Shown: piece by piece, positions 55,920 through 64,000 of the stretch
Layout of the letters: every line of letters begins with the position of its first letter
Position numbering within the stretch: the first letter of the stretch is position 1
Origin: Tubulanus polymorphus
Taxonomy: Eukaryota > Animalia > Nemertea
Direction of reading: 5' to 3'
DNA: 64,000 nucleotides
NCBI RefSeq assembly: GCF_964204645.1
Contig: NC_134026.1
Location: 2,999,950-3,063,949, forward strand
The notes under the pieces: generated by a model
Databases searched by the model: none
The model's input: only the letters and a program-made list of their open reading frames with translations
Told to the model about the DNA's origin: nothing
Position numbers and translations under genes: made by a program

Positions 55920-56525
55920 ATTTGGCTGCAATTTTGACAAATTCTGAGCAAACCAAATGCAAATTTCCCGGAAATAAATTTCTGTATAATCTTAAGACGA
56001 AGTGTCGATATTAAAATAATCTTTTTAATGCAATGATTTTAGCAAATATACATTCATAATAGTTTATTAAACTAAATCTATATTCTAATTGATATAATGA
56101 TACAAGATATTTTCAATTCTAATAAAGTATGTGTTTTTTCATCTCCATATTTTTCGTAGTCATAGTTTTGCATTTCTATCAGCCGCTTGAGCCCTCCCAA
56201 AACACGCTATGTCCCTGGCATGCCCTGGTTTATTATTTTCATACGCTAAGTCGAAAAAGCTATTTTCATACGCAGTGATACGTACGTACCCTTATTTTTC
56301 TTTGTTTTCTTCATCTTTGAGATAATTATGATTGAAATGAAAATAATTGATTGTCTATCTCACTCAGAATTCGGTCCCTTGGCTGGATAATGTGGATAGA
56401 AACTGAAAGGGCTGTCAAAATTTTAGGCCCTTATGCCTGGCCTAGGCTACTTATTTAGCAAAAGGCCTACCTCTATAATTTTGATTTGATTAACTCTTAT
56501 CAATTCAAAGAATTTTTCTTTCAGA

Positions 56526-58790
56526 ATGTCATCATATAAAACCTTACATGAAGAATTTGTTAGTAATTTAAATGGAACAACTATCGAAGAATCACAGTTG
56601 GCCGCATCATGCGCTCCTTTATCGGTTTTATTTCATCACTTAGTGACGTCTTTGTTCTTCATACCAAGAAAAAATCTGTAAGTAGTCGAAATGCAAGGTT
56701 AAAACTTTAAAAAAAGTTACCCTCTATCTAGTCAGTAACCTGTCTGTGGTTTAGTTTCGCGATCGGATATTTTCACGATCGGATATTTTCACAAACCAGT
56801 TGGTATAAGCCCATCCGATCATAAAAGCTTATCACCAACGATTAGGTAACTAACTACCACTTATCATGAACTATGCGTAAAAGTCTTGAATTAATAGGTT
56901 TATTAATGAATTTATTTGCAGGTTGAGTTTCATTGTTGATTTCATATTCTGCATTTTACCATGTAGCCTGACGGTGACAGTCTTGGCTGACAATATTCCA
57001 GCACTTCTCACCTTCCTCCTAATCGGCAGCATTTCAATTTTCATTTTTAACTCCCAATGTCAACAATTTCGTATGCATCAGAAAGAAAAAAAGCAGAGAC
57101 GGACAGGAAAGAAAGAAGAATTGGGTTCCGTTACTAGATCATATTGGAAAGACTGTTTTGAGATATTGACCGTGGATATGAAGGACGTGCGACCGTTTAT
57201 TTCTAACTTCCGCGCTTTCGTCAACATAGTCACCGCTGTTTGTATCCTAGGAGTGGATTTTCAAGTATTTCCACGCAGATTTGGTAAATGTGAGACCTAC
57301 GGAACTGGATTAATGGACACCGGTGTTGGTTCATTTGTCATATGTAATGCTATTGTCTCATCGGAAGTGAGAAATTCTAGTAAAAAATCAAGTCTATCGA
57401 AGACTATCGTTTCAACGGCTCCTCTTTGGATACTGGGTTTGATACGACTGATCAGTATCAGGAATCTAGACTATCAGGAACACGCGTCTGAATACGGAGT
57501 TCATTGGAATTTCTTCTTCACTCTGGCCATGGTCAAGGTAATGAAAAATATAGTCCATATCAATTAGATCTCTGTTTAGATATACATTGTACAGTGTCAG
57601 TGGACTCTGCCTATAGACTGGTCTATTCTCTAATCCATTCAAATAAAAGGATTTTCTGTCCCTACTGTTTGTCAATTTGAAAAATCTGAAGATCTATACC
57701 AGTAACATTTTGCTGTACTGTACATAGGGCCTACAGCCTATGTTATTGAATATGAATTTTCTTGCAAATATTTCTCACAAATTGATAAAACGTTTTTTGC
57801 TCCGTTTCAGATTGTCTCAGCGATCGTTTTGACTGTTGTTAGTTCTAGATTGTGTTTATTTCTATCTGTGTGCATTATAAGTGGATATCAGTATCTACTT
57901 ACTAGTGCTGGACTGATGGACTTCATTATTTACGGTGTCAAAGGCGATGGATCGCGTAATGGTCTGATCGATGCTAACAGAGAAGGCATTTGCTCTGTCA
58001 TGGGCTATCTGGCTTTGTATTTCATTGGCGTGGAAATTGGAAAACAGTTATTTTCTAAAAGGTCGGTAAATACCTATCCCAGTATACTTCATACAACATT
58101 TTTCAAAGGAATATCATCATTTCTATCAAGCCTTTATTGAATTTCAGGAATTATCTGTCTCTGTATTGTGTGCTGTTTGCTCTATCATCAGTATCCTGTA
58201 TGTTATTATACGTCTGTCAGATTTTCGTCGAGCCTGTTTCACGAAGGACTGCTAATCTTGGATATTTCTTATGGATGGTTAGTGAAAACAACTTATTTTT
58301 AATATCGCCTCCATATCAGTTGGAATTATTTATGATCGATTGATTTTTCTTTTAGATATTTTTCAATTGTCTCCTGTTGACAAGTTTCTTACTAATGGAG
58401 ATTATAATGCTCTGTAATCACAGATTTTTTGACACACATGAAACTAAACCGTCATCCTCAGATCATACAGGTATGTGACACACGTGTTCCAGTCTATGGT
58501 AGTCTTTTGGTTTGTGAAAGGGATTATATCGTCAAATAGATCCTGATAATAGATGCATTTAAATCTTTTTTTCAGTGCATCTGATTTCTCAATTGGTAAA
58601 CGCTGTCAATCATCACGGACTGGTGTATTTTCTGCTAGCTAATCTATTAACCGGAATGGTTAACATGAATGTAGAGACAATATTTGCCACTCATATTGAA
58701 GGGTTTATAATCATTACACTGTATATGTTTATACTGTCGGCAGTTATATATACATTCTCACGATTCGGAATTCGAACTAAAATCTGGTAA
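56526..58790 (+). CDS. PIGW: Phosphatidylinositol glycan class W (GWT1) inositol acyltransferase, multi-exon
   Basis: HEEFVSNLNGTT, ILGVDFQVFPRRFGKCETYGTGLMDTGVGSF, YQEHASEYGVHWNFFFTL, ANREGI, VSRRTANLGY and FLLANLLTGMVN. Confidence 0.97.
56729..56856. mobile_element. TAG...CTA element in PIGW intron 1
   Basis: Same termini as the 55295 copy, with an internal duplication of CGATCGGATATTTTCA. Flanks CCCTCTATC / CCACTTATC match at 6 of 9 positions. Confidence 0.8.
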
Positions 58791-61230
58791 AAATAGGTTC
58801 TCATGTAATGTGCTGTTAGTACTTTTGTAAAGATTTTGATGTTTTGTGAAATACTGATTTCGTTTTTAAGACAGAATTTAATTTGTAAAGATTTATAACA
58901 GTACATATTCTTGTTAAATTATATGTCAATTTCAATATTAATTCACAATAAAGTTTAGATTTTCTATGGAATAGAATTTTGTTATAAGCGTTCTTCAGTA
59001 AAAAGTTCAAGAAGCAGAGAGAAAGAAAAATCTAGGCAGCAGATATCTTCCATGAGCAAGGCTGATTCTTTCAACAATTAAACAACAACAGTTTACAATA
59101 TCGTATATCATATATATTTGTTTTCTGATGAAGTTAACAAATAGTAAAATTATTAAAAACAAATACTAAATAGCAGTTACACTCATTCTTACAGATAGAT
59201 ATATCCTTCCATTGTGATGGAAATGATTATGTTTGTGTTAGAACACACACAATAATTTTCAAGAGATTTTTCAGCCAAAAACATCTGAAAATGTTTTAGA
59301 AGCCAATAAGTACATCGTAAGAGATCACACAACAAATTTATTTTCCGAGACATAACCAGATATAAAAGATTTTTCTCGAGACATAACCAGACATAAATAC
59401 CAAGATATGAGTTGAACAGGTACCATCAAAGACAGGACGAACTAACTTCAGTTGAACAATGAAATTATGAAAAGCTGCCATGAAATGTGAACAAAAATTA
59501 ACTTAATAGAAGAAATTATTCAAATAGATTGCAATATACATTATTTTGATTTCTGTTAAGGTCCCCTGAAAATATTGCAGAAGTTACGTTGCATCGACAG
59601 GGTTCAATGTAAAAGAAATTGTTCCCTTTGCGAGGTGTGCAAGATGATATAAAATACCAAAAATAAAGAATACTTATCAAAATACTTTTCTCGTAATATG
59701 CTTATACAGCAAGTAGTAGCCATAAATCATTTGAAATAAACAAATTATTCATTGTTAACTTTCTAATATTATACCTAAAATCTACAGTTTCATTATTTCA
59801 ACATCTAGCAACAGGCAAGCAATGTTTAAAGATATGTAGCTACGGTAACTAATAAGTACAATTTCATATTTGATGACAGATCATTTGAATAGTGGCAAAT
59901 TAATATATATATATTTTTACATACAAGGTACGAAAGTTTGACTTACTATACAAGGAAACACTGTGTTTCATCAAGAATTCTAACATTGATTCGCTGAGTG
60001 AGAGACAGAATTGGCGTGGAAACCAATAAGAAATTCTAATAGATGAACTGGTATAGGACAAGAAATACAAATTTCCTATTGTACTACAATATACATGCAT
60101 ATTCAATATGCTTATAATAGTGCTAGTGAGTATCCATCTACACGAGACCGTTGCACCATTCTTACATTTGATAAATAATTAATCAAATAGAATAAAAAGT
60201 ACACATCATATAGTCCTATTTTCTAGACAAAATTCAACAAATTATCTAAATTTGAACATAACCCGAAGAAAATGATTTACAAACACTTATTACAACAGTT
60301 ATACAAAATTCATGTCTATCTTACTTAAACTTGTAGTTCACTGAAAGTTACTACGAAACACAATATCAATACGGTCATTCGTAAAAGATAATTTTCAAAT
60401 CCCCTAATCCAAAATAGGACAAAAGAATCAGCAGCGATATATGAAAAAGATTGTATTAGTAATCATCATAAGGGATGTTGTCATGGAAATTACACAAAAT
60501 TGACATTGTCAATCAATAAAACACTGTTCGTTAGACAATAAAATAACAAACTTTAAAATCTCTTTTTTAAGTAGAACTCACTATTTCACTTAACACTAAG
60601 CCATCTTAATCCTACCTGAATTAAGGCAACAAGACAGCAAAGCTTTTGATCTTTAGACCGCTAAAGTTTTGATAATATTTTTTCAGAAATGCATAGCAAT
60701 AAAGCTGAGACAGATAGTTTGGCCACCCTGAGTGAACTGCATTCTATATGGTCATAGTAAAACCCAATGGGATTAATCTAGACAGAGTTCTTAACAGATC
60801 AGGGAAAATCATAGAATTCTGACACATTTCCCAAAATCAGGGAAAATTGAGGGAGATTTTAATTTGTGATTTCCTGTTGTTCGTTCTGGTGATAAATGGA
60901 ACAAGGAAACAGCCCCCACAAGGTTATCTTACAACCTAATCAAAGAAATTTAGAACAAGGGTGAGGGAAATACAGGATTCCCTGATCTGTGTTGCCTGGA
61001 ATCCAAAGCCTTTTTCGTAAATATTAGAATATTATTCCATGTCATGCAGGATATGATTTCTCAATTTGTCCAAGCCGCATCATCTCTATTAATTAGTCTT
61101 GTTCTGCAACGAACTATTGAAAACAATTCACGACGCAGTTCCTCCGTCCTCATAACAATCCATCGACCCTTTATGTTTTAGAAACATAAATCAATATAAG
61201 ATAATCCGCTGATTAATAGTTACCCTGTTA

Positions 61231-63743
61231 TTAAAGATCAGTTTCACCAAAAACATGATTCTTACCGCCGTCTTTGTTGCTATCCACCGGTGACGTTAAC
61301 GGTGTTGAATCATTAGTCGTCGTTCTACGAGTCGCTGATTGTTGTTGTTGTTGTTGTTGAGAACGTCTTCGTTTCTTCTCTAAAGATCGCGATCGTCTGT
61401 GAATAGGTGGCGCCACGCCGGCGGCGATGTGATACAGATCGGCACCGGTCGAGTTGTGTGGCTTCCTCAACTGTTCCAAATTACTTGAATGGCGATATTT
61501 ACGTTTAGTCGGACTCCCTTTACTTCGTTGTTTGTTGTGATGATTATTATTATTATTACTATTACTAGACGACGGTAAATGTCTCTGCCATATATTACTA
61601 CTCCTGGCCGAATCGCGCACGAACCTCGCGATACTTTCGCTCGATTTCGACTTGACGAAATTGCGCAACAATTTCGAGCCTCGTTTCTTGTGATCTTTAC
61701 GCTCCATCGATTTCGAACGGGAAGCCGACGGCGACGTCAGTCGTTTCGAGTCGTCGTAATTGCACGGATCGCTCGACTGCGAGCGGCCGCTGCTGTCGGA
61801 AGCTTTTTTCGCGTCGACCGTGTTGTCGACGAATGACAACTGAAGATGACTACGAGACGTCGGATTCATCGAGCTCGGTAAATCGATGAACCCGTACTGT
61901 TTTTTGACGGCCCGATCTCCTAACTGGGCGTGTCGAACCCATCGCTTTTCTTTATTAACGTTGCTTTTATCCGTATTCAGATTGCCGTTGGAATCCGGCA
62001 GCTGATTGTCCGCGGACGTGCACTCCCCTCCCACCGCTTCATCGTGGTCAGACATCTCTTCCGATAATCTATTCAAACTACGGCTTCTACCGAACTGAGT
62101 TCGAGGCAAATAATGAGTAGTTTTAGGTCGAGCTCCGCCGACGGCGCCGCGTGGCGCGGGTAAAGTATGATGATTACGCGGCGATAGATGCGAATGATTA
62201 AGTTGTTCGATCGAAGCCCCGACTTGAACGGAAACATCCTGAACGTAATCGGAATCGTGGCTGCCCGAACTCGCCGGCGAACTCGCCTCATTCAGGTACG
62301 CTCGTCCGGGATTCCATCGCGTTCTCGGTTCACCCGTTTCCGAACAGATCGACGCGAACGACATCTGCGACGTGACCGAGCTCGATCGTCCGAGGTTATG
62401 TAGCGGCGTACCGGGAGTTATAGGCGATTGTATCGCGGTAGCCGTGCCCGAGTTGTGACTCGGACTGCATGAACTACCGACTAGTGAGATCGGCGAATGA
62501 AAGTTTGTAGCGCCGGGATAAACCTCCGGACTGTGAATCGAGGCACCGTTGCTCGGCAACGCGGCGTAATTACGCGGATTGTTTAACTGCGGTTTAAACG
62601 ATAAACTCATCGGCGGCAGACTGTAACGATGCGATTGATGAGACGGCGATGACTCGTGATCGCTGTCGTACGACGAGTGTCGTTTCGAGTCGTTCGACGA
62701 CTGAAGACGTAGAAAATCGGAAATTCGAAATCGCGACGGCGACAATAATAATCCGTCGGGTTTAACGACGCCACGATTCACGCGGTCCGAATTCGACGAA
62801 TCGTCGTTTTCGCCGGTTTGCCAGATCACTTTACGATCTTGACTGTCCTCTAATACGATCGAGCCGTCGGATAATTCGTCCGACTGCGCGACGACGTTTC
62901 GATCCGAGTCGTTCCCCGATGCCTCGTCGATTCTCTGACTAGAACTAAACGTCGGAACGCCGGAGCTCGGATTATTATCGTCGCAGCGTTGACGACGAGC
63001 CGCGACGTCGTTATCGACGCGTTGTTGAGACGTCGGTTCGGATATTAGTCGATTATCGACGATCGCGGCGACGTCGTCGACGTACGAGATACGGTTGCGA
63101 TTTGTATCGATCATCCCGTGATGATTATCGCCGATCGATTCCGGCGTGCTCACGCTACCGATATTCATATAACTTTGATCCGACGACGACCAGCGCGTAC
63201 GCGTCGGGACCTCGCAACGTCGAGCCACTTCCCGTTCGATGCGTATTTGATTGTCGTTTCGTTGATTCGACTGTCTCCATAGCATTATATTGTTAGCGTT
63301 ATTATCACCGCCGGAGCAGTGTTGATTATTAGTACCGGTATTACCGGTAGGTGGCGCGTCGGTGATCGTTCCGACTGAATTTCGAGCTACGTTTCGACGT
63401 ACGAACACGGAGTCCGTGCTCGTATCCGACGACGATGAATCTCGTCGTCGATTGTTACGCGGCGCTACGTTACCGCGTACGGGCGATACGTAATTCGCCG
63501 GTAACACGGCCACGGCTCCGTTACGTCGACGTTCACCGGTTTCGTTCGAATCGCGTCTCAAACAGCTCTCGTACGGCGGAGGTGCTTCTCCGGGAACTCG
63601 ATTAGCGCGAGGTGGCGAGTACGGAGGAGGAGGTTCGCTGTACGGAGGAAATTCGACTCCGATATTGATTTCGTCGTATTCAGAAACGTAAGCAGTTGCC
63701 ACCATATCTGCCGCAGTCTCACGTCTACAGTTATTGTTCATTC
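61231..63743 (-). CDS. Terminal coding exon of a protein with clustered PPxY (PY) motifs and a long disordered tail; upstream exons lie outside the window
   Basis: An open frame of about 2.5 kb follows the acceptor TTTATTTAG at 63744. It contains EFPPYSEPPPPYSPP..EAPPPYES followed by Ser/Arg/Asn-rich low-complexity sequence. Confidence 0.8.
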
Positions 63744-64000
63744 CTAAATAAAGAGACAAACGATAGCTTATAATCTTTCTATAAGAGATTTAAAAATATA
63801 GCAATCACTCAATTTTTTACACTGTGCTCATGAAATATATCTCTCTTCAAAGGTTGATTTATCTACTCAATCCAAGATAGGCGTTCTCCAAACAATCCCA
63901 ACATTTGTAAGTATATGGTGGCCACTTTCTGCCAAATTACAAATTCACAAATCACATAATGATACAAGTCCCTGAGTAAATCCGAGGAATTTCTAGTATT

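Noticed and set aside
55964-55974. E2F or STAT site (TTTCCCGGAAA) upstream of ORC1
   Set aside because: It is a short single motif with a mismatch to E2F TTTSSCGC and cannot be distinguished from chance.
60700-60990. Transposon remnant with repeated CAGGGAAAA motifs
   Set aside because: Boundaries, TIRs and TSD could not be defined.

Overview
AT-rich, gene-dense eukaryotic DNA with short GT-AG introns (mostly about 70-300 bp), most consistent with a compact invertebrate animal genome; the taxon is an inference. The window opens with a 5'-truncated, intronless Mutator-like (MULE) DDE transposase ORF carrying a GATA-type zinc finger, SWIM, two C2H2-like fingers and a PHD finger. A complex minisatellite follows and contains a 36-bp palindromic insertion with a 7-bp target-site duplication. 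Then come a two-exon coiled-coil/beta-propeller orphan gene, a DnaJ-TPR-UBA-RRM-CCCH gene (TTC31-like), ANAPC16, EFR3, DPYD, KIAA0753/moonraker, a TMCO6-like importin-alpha-type ARM gene, MND1, MRPL50, tRNA-Thr(TGT), ORC1, PIGW and the last exon of a PPxY-motif protein. Several small MITE families sit in introns. The most unusual signals are the GATA-finger transposase with its adjacent GAT(A/T/C)-motif array, four perfect orphan TFIIIC B-boxes located at Pol II promoters, candidate EFR3 microexons, a hammerhead-like inverted repeat and exon-scale CpG mosaicism. All calls were made by eye, without database searches.
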